A program made the position numbers and the translations under genes. DNA of 50,208 nucleotides from Mycobacteriales bacterium (GTDB lineage: Bacteria > Actinomycetota > Actinomycetes > BP-191), in the NCBI GenBank assembly GCA_035536955.1, contig DATLNF010000019.1, positions 1-50,208 on the forward strand. The letters run 5' to 3'. Positions 8,695 to 17,349 of the stretch are shown here, piece after piece (position 1 is the stretch's first letter; each line of letters opens with the position of its first letter). The notes below the pieces were generated by a model, which was given only the letters and a program-made list of their open reading frames with translations, ran no database searches and had not been told where the DNA came from.

Positions 8695-9351
8695 CTAGAA
8701 GCTGGCGATCGCGCAGATCGCCCACAGGTGGAAGGTGATGCTGGTCCCAGACGTGTTGTTCGCGGCCGCTCGCCACCCGAAGTGGTGATCCGGGAAGCTC
8801 GAATCAAGCGAGCCGCTGCCGCCGAAGATCTGCGCCCCGCCGCTCAGAACCTTCTTGCCCTGGGGACAGTCGACCGTGGTCTGCCCCCAAGTCCCAGCGA
8901 TGACGATGCTCTTCGACACGATCTCGTACCCGGTCACGCCGGACGCCCCGGCCGGACCCATCTCCCCCTGCGGCCCGGTCGCGCCCTGCGGCCCGGTCGC
9001 GCCCTGCGGCCCGGCCGGGCCCTGCGGCCCCGTCGCGCCCTGCGGCCCCGCCGCGCCGTCGATGCCGTCGACGCCGTCAGCTCCTGCTGCGCCGGCGGCG
9101 CCGGTTGCACCCGCAGGCCCCTGAGGCCCGGTCCGATTCCAGTTGAGCGACGACTCCCGGGCGGCGCACGCCGTGATCGCCGGGTCGATGACCCGGACCA
9201 TCCCGGTGCGGTTGTCGTAGCAGGCGTGGATGACACCGTCTGTTCCAGGTATGACGGCCCACGCCACTCCACCCACGACAAGCAGCGCCGCCGCCGCCCC
9301 CGCGGTTGTTGTGACCCATGCGCGGCGTCGCGGCAATAGGCGTCCCAACAT
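8695..9351 (-). CDS. collagen-like triple-helix repeat protein with N-terminal signal anchor
   Basis: 218 aa. An ATG start is followed by a hydrophobic anchor ([15 protein letters not shown]), about 22 uninterrupted G-X-Y triplets ([13 protein letters not shown]...[16 protein letters not shown]) and a C-terminal globular domain. Confidence 0.8.
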   Translation of the reverse strand: MLGRLLPRRRAWVTTTAGAAAALLVVGGVAWAVIPGTDGVIHACYDNRTGMVRVIDPAITACAARESSLNWNRTGPQGPAGATGAAGAAGADGVDGIDGAAGPQGATGPQGPAGPQGATGPQGATGPQGEMGPAGASGVTGYEIVSKSIVIAGTWGQTTVDCPQGKKVLSGGAQIFGGSGSLDSSFPDHHFGWRAAANNTSGTSITFHLWAICAIASF

Positions 9352-9533
9352 CTCTTGCCCCCCGATGCGACCCGTGTCCGCAGAGGAATTCCCGGCGGCC
9401 GTCGATCGCTCATCCGCGCCAGCGCGGTTCTGACCGGGTCAGACCTCGCGCGCGGGAGCACGGCGCGGTGCGGACTGGCCACGATAGGCACCATTCACGG
9501 CGATCGGAAGACCACAGGAGCAGGTGTCCTGCC

Positions 9534-9571
9534 CCGTGATCGATGTGTGGGTGAACGACGTGGGACTTGCG
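9534..9571 (+). pseudogene. remnant of a beta-propeller gene 3' end (duplicate of 8344-8381)
   Basis: An exact 38-bp match to the end of CDS 7290-8435 (encodes VIDVWVNDVGLA). Weaker similarity extends about 20 bp further on each side. No upstream gene body is present. Confidence 0.65.
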
Positions 9572-9694
9572 CAGCTCCCCTCTGCGTGGGGCTCCGAAGA
9601 TCATTGGTCAGCACGCCGAGCATCCTTGGGGGCCCCAGCTCAAGCGTCCGTTGCCTGGTAGCCAGCTGCATGACGCTCCGCCTATGTTCGCGAC

Positions 9695-10123
9695 ATGCCC
9701 CGCCGGAGCCGCACGCTCGCACAACGAGTCTCGATCGGGCTCGGCGTGTTCTTTCTGGTGAACGGCATCATCGGGTTGATCATCAACCCGGACTTCGGAA
9801 CAGGGTCGGAGCTGAGCTCCAAGCAGTTCCTGGTGGACTGGAACGGCTGGCACGCCGTGTCGGCGTTAGCGCTAGCGCCGATAGCGCTCGCGGCGGCTGC
9901 CCATCGGCGCTCGGCGATGGTCTTCCTTGCAGGCAACACCATCGGCAACGTGGCCGAGTCGGTGTGGTCGGTGATCGACAGGACGCCGCTCGGACTCTTG
10001 TACTTTCCGAACGTCGCGACCGACGTCGCTCTGCACCTCTCGGTTGCGGGGGTGTCGCTTGCCGCGTTCCTCGCCCAGTTGGCCCGCCACCGCGGTCCCG
10101 CTCCCCACCCGATCGGTGCCTGA
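9695..10123 (+). CDS. small multi-pass membrane protein, DUF4383-like
   Basis: 142 aa with an ATG start and four hydrophobic helices. The IGLGVFFLVNGIIGLI ... WNGWHAVSAL pattern is reminiscent of DUF4383. The family call is from memory only. Confidence 0.6.
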   Translation: MPRRSRTLAQRVSIGLGVFFLVNGIIGLIINPDFGTGSELSSKQFLVDWNGWHAVSALALAPIALAAAAHRRSAMVFLAGNTIGNVAESVWSVIDRTPLGLLYFPNVATDVALHLSVAGVSLAAFLAQLARHRGPAPHPIGA

Positions 10124-10181
10124 GAAGCAACGACAGATCGTGAGGCGTCAGAACCGAACCACGGATGCCCGCCTTGGCGGC

Positions 10182-11759
10182 TTACTCCCACTCGATGGTG
10201 CCGGGAGGCTTGCTGGTGATGTCCAGCGTCACCCGGTTGACCTCGCGGACCTCGTTGGTGATCCGCGTCGAGATCTTCGCGAGCACGTCGTAGGGCACGC
10301 GCGTCCAGTCGGCGGTCATCGCGTCCTCGCTCGAGACCGGGCGGAGCACCACGGGGTGACCGTACGTCCGGCCGTCGCCCTGCACGCCGACGGAGCGAAC
10401 GTCGGCGAGAAGCACGACCGGGCACTGCCAGATGTCGCGGTCGAGGCCGGCGAGTGACAGCTCCTCCCGCGCGATCGCGTCCGCCTCGCGAAGCACGTCG
10501 AGGCGCTCGCGGGTCACCTCGCCGACGATGCGGATCCCGAGGCCGGGGCCGGGGAACGGCTGGCGCCAGACGATCTCCGGCGGCAGCCCGAGCTCCTCGC
10601 CGACGCGGCGCACCTCGTCCTTGAACAGCTTGCGCAGTGGTTCCACCAGGGCGAACTGCAGGTCGTCGGGGAGACCGCCCACGTTGTGGTGGCTCTTGAT
10701 GGTGGCCGTTCCCTCACCGCCGCCGGACTCGACGACGTCCGGGTAGAGCGTGCCCTGCACGAGGAACTCGACGGTGTCGCCGTGGGCCCCCGCGTCGGCG
10801 ACCACCTCCCGGGCCGCCGCCTCGAACACCCGGATGAACTCCCGTCCGATGGCCTTGCGCTTCGCCTCGGGATCGGCCACGCCGGCGAGCGAGGCGAGGA
10901 AGCGCTCCTGCGCGTCGACGACCTTGAGGCGTACGCCGGTCGCCGCGACGTAGTCGCGCTCCACCTGCTCGGCCTCCCCCTTGCGGAGCAGGCCGTGGTC
11001 GACGAACACGCAGGTGAGCTGGTCGCCGACGGCGCGGTGGACGAGCGCCGCCGCGACGGCCGAGTCGACGCCGCCGGAGAGGCCGCAGATCACCCGCTTG
11101 CCGCCGACCTGGGAGCGGATCGCGTCGACCGCCTCGTCGACGATGTTGACCATGGTCCAGGTGGGGCGGCACTCCGCGACGTCGTACAGGAAGTGCTCGA
11201 GAACCTGCTGCCCGTGCTGGCTGTGCAGGACCTCGGGGTGGAACTGCACGCCGGCGAGGCGCCGCGACGAGTTCTCGAAGGCGGCGACCGCAGCGCCCGC
11301 CGACGTCGCGGTGACGTCGAAGCCCGCCGGCGCCTCCGCGACGCTGTCGCCGTGCGACATCCACACCGACAGCGACTCGGGTAGACCGCCGAACAGCGCA
11401 CCGGGCGCCGTCACCGTGAGCGGCGTTCGGCCGAACTCGGCAAGCCCGGTCTTCTCGACGCGTCCACCCAGCGCGAGCGCCATCGCCTGGAACCCGTAGC
11501 AGATCCCGAACGCGGGCACGCCGGCGGTGAACAGCTCGGGGTCGACCGCCGGCGCGCCGTCGGCGTACACCGACGAGGGACCGCCCGAGAGGATCAGCGC
11601 CTTCGGCCGCTTCGCCAGCATCTCGCTCACCGGCATGGTGTGCGGCACGATCTCGCTGTAGACCTTCGCCTCACGCACCCGCCGGGCGATCAGCTGCGCG
11701 TACTGCGCGCCGAAGTCGACCACGAGGACGGTGTCGAAGCCGTCTCCCGGAATGCTCAC
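10182..11759 (-). CDS. guaA: glutamine-hydrolysing GMP synthase
   Basis: 525 aa. It has a GATase-1 domain (GICYGFQ), the PP-loop SGGVDS and the canonical C-terminus KPPGTIEWE. Confidence 0.97.
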   Translation of the reverse strand: MSIPGDGFDTVLVVDFGAQYAQLIARRVREAKVYSEIVPHTMPVSEMLAKRPKALILSGGPSSVYADGAPAVDPELFTAGVPAFGICYGFQAMALALGGRVEKTGLAEFGRTPLTVTAPGALFGGLPESLSVWMSHGDSVAEAPAGFDVTATSAGAAVAAFENSSRRLAGVQFHPEVLHSQHGQQVLEHFLYDVAECRPTWTMVNIVDEAVDAIRSQVGGKRVICGLSGGVDSAVAAALVHRAVGDQLTCVFVDHGLLRKGEAEQVERDYVAATGVRLKVVDAQERFLASLAGVADPEAKRKAIGREFIRVFEAAAREVVADAGAHGDTVEFLVQGTLYPDVVESGGGEGTATIKSHHNVGGLPDDLQFALVEPLRKLFKDEVRRVGEELGLPPEIVWRQPFPGPGLGIRIVGEVTRERLDVLREADAIAREELSLAGLDRDIWQCPVVLLADVRSVGVQGDGRTYGHPVVLRPVSSEDAMTADWTRVPYDVLAKISTRITNEVREVNRVTLDITSKPPGTIEWE

Positions 11760-11945
11760 GCGAAGCCCTTCGGTCGGTCGGGCAGCTCAGCGGGAAGACC
11801 GCAAGTCTACGGCGACTTGTGACCGGACCGTGGACATCGCGACCCGCGGTCCCGGCGACAGGGCGGCGAGTTGCGCGGAACAGCGCTCCCCAAGGGTCAC
11901 GCACGGTCACACTGGCAGCGAAAGCGGTGAGCAGGAGGGACGACC

Positions 11946-12026
11946 GTGACGACCGAGACGCCGCGACGCTGGATGGGCGTCGGCGGGTTGCACAACCAGA
12001 CCCTCGTCGTCCTGGTGGTGGCCTGA
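11946..12026 (+). CDS. 26-codon upstream ORF, in frame with and abutting the histidine kinase start (TGAGTG)
   Basis: The GTG lies 7 nt after AGGAGG. 25 of 26 third positions are G/C while second positions are mixed, which is a coding-like pattern. It ends at TGA 12024-12026, immediately before the kinase GTG. Confidence 0.35.
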   Translation: MTTETPRRWMGVGGLHNQTLVVLVVA

Positions 12027-13751
12027 GTGCCGACCCGAGGGGATTGGACGACCCTGCAGCTCGCCGAGTACCTCGAGGCGCTGGCCGGCTGTCCCGAGGT
12101 CGTCGTGGCGCTGAGCTGCGCGGTCGAGCGCGCGGCGGAGTCCCTCGACGCCCAGCTCGCGGCTGTGGTCGACCACGACCGCCTGCTGGCGAGCGTGGGG
12201 TTCGCCGCAGAGTCGCAGACGAGCGCCGACCTGACCGCGGCCGCCCTCGCCGGGACGTCCGCAGTCCTCGACCTGCCGTCGGTCGGCACGTGCCACGTCG
12301 TATCGGTGCCACTGGAGGACTCCGGTCCGACGCGGCTGGTCGTCGCCCGGCGCGCCGACGAGCCGTTCGACGCAGTCGAGGTTGCGATGCTGCGCGCCAT
12401 GGCCCGAGTGCTGAGCCAGTCGCTGCGCTTCCTTCGCACCCTCGAGGCCGAGCGCACGATGCGCGCGGAGTCCGATCGCCAGACCGCCGAGAAGGAGGTC
12501 CTGCTCGCCTCGCTCACGGAGCGCCAACGACTGCTGGAGCGCCTCGCCCGGATCCAGCGGTCGATCTCCCACGGCACGCCGCTGCAGGAGGTGTTCGACG
12601 CCATCACCAGCGGCGCGCGGGACCTGCTCGGTGAGGAGGTCGTCGGCCTGCGCCTGATCGACCCGGACGACCGTGGCTCGTTCGTGCTCGCGTCGCTCTG
12701 CGGGCTCGACGACTCGCTGCGGGAAGCGCTGCAGCGGGGGCCGGTCGGTCAGGGTGCCGGTGGCCGAGCGATCACTGAGAACCGCCTCATTACCGTCTAC
12801 GACTACGCCGACCAGAGCGACGGCATCCCCGAGCTGCGCGCGACCGGCCTCGTCGCGGCGATGGCTGCACCGGTGCACGAGCGCGGTGAAGTCGCCGGCA
12901 GCCTGGTCGTGGCGAGCTACCGTCCCGGCCGCCGGTTCACCGTGAGCGAAGAAGAAGCGCTGCTCACGTTCGCCGAGCACGCGAGCCTCGCTCTCACCGA
13001 CGCGCGGCACGCCGAGTCGATGCGAGAGGCGCACCGGGCCAAGGAGCTCTTCCTCGCGATGGTGTCGCACGAGCTCAAGACCCCGCTCACCGTGATCATG
13101 GGGATTCTGCGCACGCTGCAGACCCACGGCCGGGCGGTAGAACCCGATATGCAGGAGCAGCTGCTGGGGACCGCGTTCACCCGCGGTCGCGAGCTGGAGC
13201 GGCTCATTGACCGGCTGCTGCGCGGCGCGCGCGCCGAGCTCGCCGGGGTCCGGCGAGTTGCGGCGCTCGCCGACCTGATCGCGGCCGGCGTCGCAGGGTT
13301 CGAACAGCTGCGCCAGATCGAGGTCGTCGGCGGCCCGTCCGTGAAGGTCGACGTGGACACCGCGGCGTTCCAGGACGTCATCGGGATCCTCGTGGAGAAC
13401 GCGGTGTCGCACTCCCCCGCCGACACCTCCGTCATCGTGTGCGGCTCGGCCACCGGACCTGACGTACGCGTGTCGGTGACCAACACCGGATCCCTGCCCA
13501 AGGACACCGACCCGGCAATGCTGTTCCAGCCCTTCCGTCGTGGCGACGACCCACCCTCGGCGGGCGTCGGGCTGGGACTGCACATCGCGGCGCGCCAGGC
13601 GGAGTCGATCGGCGGCCGCATCGATGCGGAGTCGTCGGACGGCTACGTGGTGTTCACCCTCGTCGTGCCCGCGGCCGTCGTACCGGAGTTCGACGGCACC
13701 GGGCCCGAGCGGCGCGACACGGTCGGCGCGCCATCGGCGTCTCTTGACTGA
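12027..13751 (+). CDS. cytoplasmic GAF-domain sensor histidine kinase (no adjacent response regulator)
   Basis: 574 aa. It has the H-box SHELKTPL, N/G boxes (ENAVSHSP, GVGLGLHIA) and two GAF-like segments upstream. No TM helices seen. The start is uncertain because of the upstream in-frame coding-like ORF. Confidence 0.85.
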   Translation: MPTRGDWTTLQLAEYLEALAGCPEVVVALSCAVERAAESLDAQLAAVVDHDRLLASVGFAAESQTSADLTAAALAGTSAVLDLPSVGTCHVVSVPLEDSGPTRLVVARRADEPFDAVEVAMLRAMARVLSQSLRFLRTLEAERTMRAESDRQTAEKEVLLASLTERQRLLERLARIQRSISHGTPLQEVFDAITSGARDLLGEEVVGLRLIDPDDRGSFVLASLCGLDDSLREALQRGPVGQGAGGRAITENRLITVYDYADQSDGIPELRATGLVAAMAAPVHERGEVAGSLVVASYRPGRRFTVSEEEALLTFAEHASLALTDARHAESMREAHRAKELFLAMVSHELKTPLTVIMGILRTLQTHGRAVEPDMQEQLLGTAFTRGRELERLIDRLLRGARAELAGVRRVAALADLIAAGVAGFEQLRQIEVVGGPSVKVDVDTAAFQDVIGILVENAVSHSPADTSVIVCGSATGPDVRVSVTNTGSLPKDTDPAMLFQPFRRGDDPPSAGVGLGLHIAARQAESIGGRIDAESSDGYVVFTLVVPAAVVPEFDGTGPERRDTVGAPSASLD

Positions 13752-14523
13752 GGACTGCGTCATCGCGGCGGCGGCGTTCGTCGGCGCGTGGCGGTGGCTG
13801 GCGACGAGGCTGCCCGCCGGGACGCTCGCGGAGCACGACGGGCTGCTCGTCGCCACGTCGGGGCTCGCGGATCGCACCCTGAACCCGGCATTCGCGGTCT
13901 CCTCTTCGAGAGACCCCGCCGGCGCGGTGCGCTGGTCGGCAGCAGTACGCGCCACCCTGCCGGCACCGACCACCGGCATCGACCTGCCGGAGTCGCGCTA
14001 CCCCGATCTGGAGCGAGCTCTCGCAGACCTCGGGTACGTCGAGCGGGCCCGCCGCCCGGGGATGCTGATCGAGTCGGACTCGCTCACCGAGGCCGAGTGC
14101 GACGGGCCGCTCGTCGTACGTCGCGTGACCTCGACCGCCGACTGGGTGGCGTACGTCGAGCTGCAAGCCGAGACCTTCGGCATGACGCCCGAGGTTGCGC
14201 GCGGCTTCCCGACCTACGAGGCCATCACGGGCACGGCCGACGTCACCCTGCTCGTCGGTGCGCACGAAGGGACCGTGGTGTCCGCGGCGTCGGTGTTCAT
14301 GACGGGGACCGTCGCGGCGCTCTACGGCGTCGCGACCGCGCCGGCGAGCCGCGGTCGCGGGTTCGGGACGGCGATCACCGCGCACGCCGTCCGCGACGCC
14401 GCTGGGCTCGGCGCGGCGTTCGTCGCCCTCCAGGCGACGTCGGACGGCTACTCGATGTACCGGCGGCTGGGATTCCGCGACGTCGGCGACTGGGTCGTCC
14501 ACGTCGACCCGGCGGTCGAATAG
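13744..14523 (+). CDS. GNAT family N-acetyltransferase
   Basis: The C-terminal half has the acetyl-CoA motif (VATAPASRGRGFGTAITAHAV) and ends YRRLGF. The TTG start at 13744 overlaps the kinase stop and is tentative. An alternative GTG lies at 13927. Confidence 0.7.
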   Translation: MTEDCVIAAAAFVGAWRWLATRLPAGTLAEHDGLLVATSGLADRTLNPAFAVSSSRDPAGAVRWSAAVRATLPAPTTGIDLPESRYPDLERALADLGYVERARRPGMLIESDSLTEAECDGPLVVRRVTSTADWVAYVELQAETFGMTPEVARGFPTYEAITGTADVTLLVGAHEGTVVSAASVFMTGTVAALYGVATAPASRGRGFGTAITAHAVRDAAGLGAAFVALQATSDGYSMYRRLGFRDVGDWVVHVDPAVE

Positions 14524-14563
14524 CGGACGCGGAACGCGCCAGTCGTGCGCCTTCCGTGTGGGT

Positions 14564-14959
14564 CTAGGCCTCGATCTCGCGGGCGACGGCGTGCAGGACC
14601 TCGGCGATCTTCTTCGCCGACTTGCGGTCGGGGTGCTTGCCGCGGCGGTAGTCGCGCTGCACGGTGTCGAGCAGCTTGATCATGTCCTCGATCATGCCGT
14701 GCAGCTCCTCGGGCTCGCGGCGGGTAGCCGCCGCTGCCGCTCCGGCGAGCGTCGGAGCCGCCTCGAGGATGCGCACCGAGAGCGCCTGCTCCCCGCGCTT
14801 GCCCTCCGCGACACCGAACTCGACGCGCTGTCCGGGGGTGAGCGCCTCGACACCCGAGGGCAGCGCCGAGGTATGCACGAAGACGTCGCCGCCGTCGTCG
14901 CGAGACAGGAAGCCGAAGCCCTTCTCGACGTCGAACCACTTGACCTTGCCGGTGGGCAC
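14564..14959 (-). CDS. cold-shock domain protein with C-terminal extension
   Basis: The GTG start is preceded by GAAGGCAGAGAGG. The CSD has RNP motifs ([19 protein letters not shown]) and is followed by a ~65-aa helical tail. The longer ORF to 15244 has no support. Confidence 0.85.
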   Translation of the reverse strand: MPTGKVKWFDVEKGFGFLSRDDGGDVFVHTSALPSGVEALTPGQRVEFGVAEGKRGEQALSVRILEAAPTLAGAAAAATRREPEELHGMIEDMIKLLDTVQRDYRRGKHPDRKSAKKIAEVLHAVAREIEA

Positions 14960-15146
14960 GCCGGACCTCTCTGCCTTCGAGCACGTCGGGTTGCGCGGCA
15001 CCCGTGGGCCGGGTGCGCGGGCAAAGGCTAGCCCCTCAGTCGGCACACCTGTCGAATCGATTGGGACAATCAGGTTCAGCGGCCCGGGCTCCGGGCCGAC
15101 GACTACCGCACGCGAGCACCGGATCGCTGCCGCCGAGGAGGCTGAG

Positions 15147-16616
15147 ATGTCCGCGCAGCCGCCGTACGACGCTCCGGCTGATCGGCCGAGCCGGTCGCGG
15201 TCCGGACTGGTGATCGGCGCGATCGCGACCGCCGTCGCCGTCACCGCGGGGGTCGGTGCCTACGCCGCGATGCAGCTGCGCGGCGGCGGGCGCCAGCCCG
15301 AGACGGTCGCGCCCGCCACGGCGTTCGCGTTCGCCAAGGTCGACCTCGACCCGTCAGCCAGGCAGAAGCTCGTGGTTCGCGAGCTCATGCGGAAGTTCCC
15401 GGACGCGCCGCAGGGCGAGCTCGACGAGGTCTTCGACGAGTTCCTGCGCACGGCGCTGCAGGGCGATGATGACGTCGACTTCGACCGCGACGTCGATCCG
15501 TGGCTCGGGGACCGGATCGGAGTCGCCGGGTTCACCGGGCCGTCAGGACGCCCGAGCGTCCTCGGCATCATTCGGTCGAAGGACGACGGCGCCGCCGTGC
15601 CGGCGTTGCAGCGGCTCGCCGCCGCCGACGACAGCGCTGCGGCGTACCTGCTCCGCGACGGCTACGTCCTCGTCGGACCCGACCAGGCCTCGCTCGACTT
15701 CGCGGTCGCCGGCATCGCCGACGGCACGCTCGCCGACCACGACGAGTACGCCGACGACGTCGCCGCGCTCGACGGCGACCAGATCGTCACCGCGTGGGCC
15801 GACCTCACGAAGGCGTACGAAGCGGCGGCCGAGGATCTCGGCGCCGACCCCGAGGACGTGCCGGAGATCCTCGCGGACCGGCTGACCGGGCGCTTCGCGC
15901 TCGGGGTCCACGCGGAGCGCGACTACATCGAGATGGAGGGCGTGACCACCGGCGTCGACACCGGCTCGCTCACCGGGTCGCCGGCGACCCTGCTCGCCGA
16001 CCTGCCGGGCTCGACGGTCGCCGCGGTCTCCGCCGTCGACGTCGGCAGGCAGCTCGAGGAGTCGCTGGATGCCTTCGGCGCGTTTCCCGGGCTCCCCACG
16101 CGCGCCGACCTCACCGCGTCGGTGCAGGAGAGCTTCGGGCTCGACCTGTCGGCGGACCTGCTGCCGCTGCTGGGCGACCAGACGGTGCTCTCACTCGGCG
16201 ACGTCCCCGACTTCGAGAGCGACGAGGCGCCGGACGTCGCGCTGCTCTCGCTCGTCGCGGACCCGGCCCGCGCGGGCAAGGTGGCCAGCAAGATCCAGGA
16301 CCTCGCCACCCAGCAGGGCGCGCCGCTGCGCGCGCGAGTCGTCGGCAACACCTTCCTCGTCGCGACGGGCGACAGCTACCTCGACGCGCTGAGCGCGGGC
16401 GGGTCGAGGCTGGCGGAGCGGCCGCGCTTCCGCCGGGCGGTCGGCGACCTCGACGACGAGGTCGCCTTCGTCGCCTACGCCGACCTGCGCGAGCTGCTGA
16501 CCCTCGCGAAGGACAGCGACAGGTACGACGACCTGCGGGCGATCGCCGCGGTCGGCGTACGCGCGGGGGTTCGAGACGGTCGCGGCTACCTGCGGGTGCG
16601 GGTCGTCGTGGAGTAG
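15147..16616 (+). CDS. membrane-anchored DUF3352-like protein
   Basis: The ATG follows GAGGAGG. One N-terminal TM helix ([21 protein letters not shown]) is followed by a large Asp/Ala-rich domain. The family assignment is from memory ([13 protein letters not shown]). Confidence 0.65.
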   Translation: MSAQPPYDAPADRPSRSRSGLVIGAIATAVAVTAGVGAYAAMQLRGGGRQPETVAPATAFAFAKVDLDPSARQKLVVRELMRKFPDAPQGELDEVFDEFLRTALQGDDDVDFDRDVDPWLGDRIGVAGFTGPSGRPSVLGIIRSKDDGAAVPALQRLAAADDSAAAYLLRDGYVLVGPDQASLDFAVAGIADGTLADHDEYADDVAALDGDQIVTAWADLTKAYEAAAEDLGADPEDVPEILADRLTGRFALGVHAERDYIEMEGVTTGVDTGSLTGSPATLLADLPGSTVAAVSAVDVGRQLEESLDAFGAFPGLPTRADLTASVQESFGLDLSADLLPLLGDQTVLSLGDVPDFESDEAPDVALLSLVADPARAGKVASKIQDLATQQGAPLRARVVGNTFLVATGDSYLDALSAGGSRLAERPRFRRAVGDLDDEVAFVAYADLRELLTLAKDSDRYDDLRAIAAVGVRAGVRDGRGYLRVRVVVE

Positions 16617-16678
16617 GCGTTTCGTCGCGCCCCGCCGGGTAGGTGTCCCCTCGACCGACCCGACCGTGAGGAGAACGC

Positions 16679-16897
16679 ATGTCCGAGTCCGACTTCCGGG
16701 ACCCCGCCGCGCAGGCCGAGGCCGAGGACTCGCGCGCCCGGGACGAGTCCGTCACTACCGCTGACGCGGGATCCGTGGACGACGTCGAGGGCATGGCGGC
16801 CGCCGACGGCCTGACCTCGTCGCCTGAGGTTGCCGAGCACTACCGCGAGATGACCGAGACCGGCGCGAACATCCGCGGCGAGGGCGAGCTGCCCTAG
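16679..16897 (+). CDS. small acidic hypothetical protein (72 aa)
   Basis: The ATG has a strong GAGGAG RBS. Third positions are G/C-rich. The protein is highly acidic and looks disordered. No family recognised. Confidence 0.5.
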   Translation: MSESDFRDPAAQAEAEDSRARDESVTTADAGSVDDVEGMAAADGLTSSPEVAEHYREMTETGANIRGEGELP

Positions 16898-16913
16898 CTC
16901 GCCCTCGTATCCG

Positions 16914-16984
16914 CACTTCACCGATCCAGTCCACCTCGAATGGCCGCTCAGAGCCTTCCGGAGGTGGACTGGCTCGGTGAAGTG
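16914..16984. terminator. long hairpin between convergent genes (about 23 paired positions in a 24-nt arm, one mismatch, 23-nt loop)
   Basis: CACTTCACCGATCCAGTCCACCTC at 16914-16937 pairs with GAGGTGGACTGGCTCGGTGAAGTG at 16961-16984. It sits between the stops of 16679-16897 (+) and 17125-17349 (-). Confidence 0.5.
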
Positions 16985-17124
16985 GCGGAGAACGGCATAC
17001 GGTGCGGCGGACGCAGCCTGCGGAACGGCGACGCTCGTGGACGAGTCCGGCGAGACGCGGACCGCGCCTGCCTGTGCAGTGTCGAAGGCCACCGCGGCCT
17101 CCCGAAGGCGCTGCGCCGCCGGCG

Positions 17125-17349
17125 CTAGTCGAGGTCGGCGACCTGGACGCCGCGGCTGATCAGGAACTCGCGTCCGTCGACCAGCGCTCCCGCCTCGCCG
17201 TGCACCTCGACGATCACCCAGCCGACATCGTCCTCGACGTTCGCGCGCCGCACGTTGGTGACGACGTCGTGCTGCGTCGCGAGCTCCCAGAGCACCGGCT
17301 CGCTGACGAGTGCCTCCGGGTAGCTGAGGTGCCACCGCGCTGTCGCCAT
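17125..17349 (-). CDS. stand-alone NIL domain protein
   Basis: 74 aa from ATG 17349, which shares one base with the LarE stop (TGATG). The sequence WHLSYPEALVSEPVLWELATQHDVVTNVRRANV...GWVIVEV.G resembles the MetN C-terminal NIL fold. An alternative GTG lies at 17358. Confidence 0.72.
   Translation of the reverse strand: MATARWHLSYPEALVSEPVLWELATQHDVVTNVRRANVEDDVGWVIVEVHGEAGALVDGREFLISRGVQVADLD

Noticed and set aside
8934-9124. A short-period DNA repeat that might superficially suggest a CRISPR or VNTR array.
   Set aside because: The period is 9/18 bp with no spacers, and it is perfectly in frame with GXY triplets of the collagen-like CDS on the minus strand.
8589-10182. I looked for an integrase, excisionase or transposase between the duplicated guaA ends.
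   Set aside because: Only the collagen-like gene and a small membrane protein are present. No recombinase motifs appear in any frame, so I cannot claim an intact mobile element.
14960-15244. A 95-codon N-terminal extension of the cold-shock protein ORF.
   Set aside because: The cold-shock domain begins right at GTG 14959, which has a good RBS. The extension has no coding signature and would overlap the divergent promoter region.
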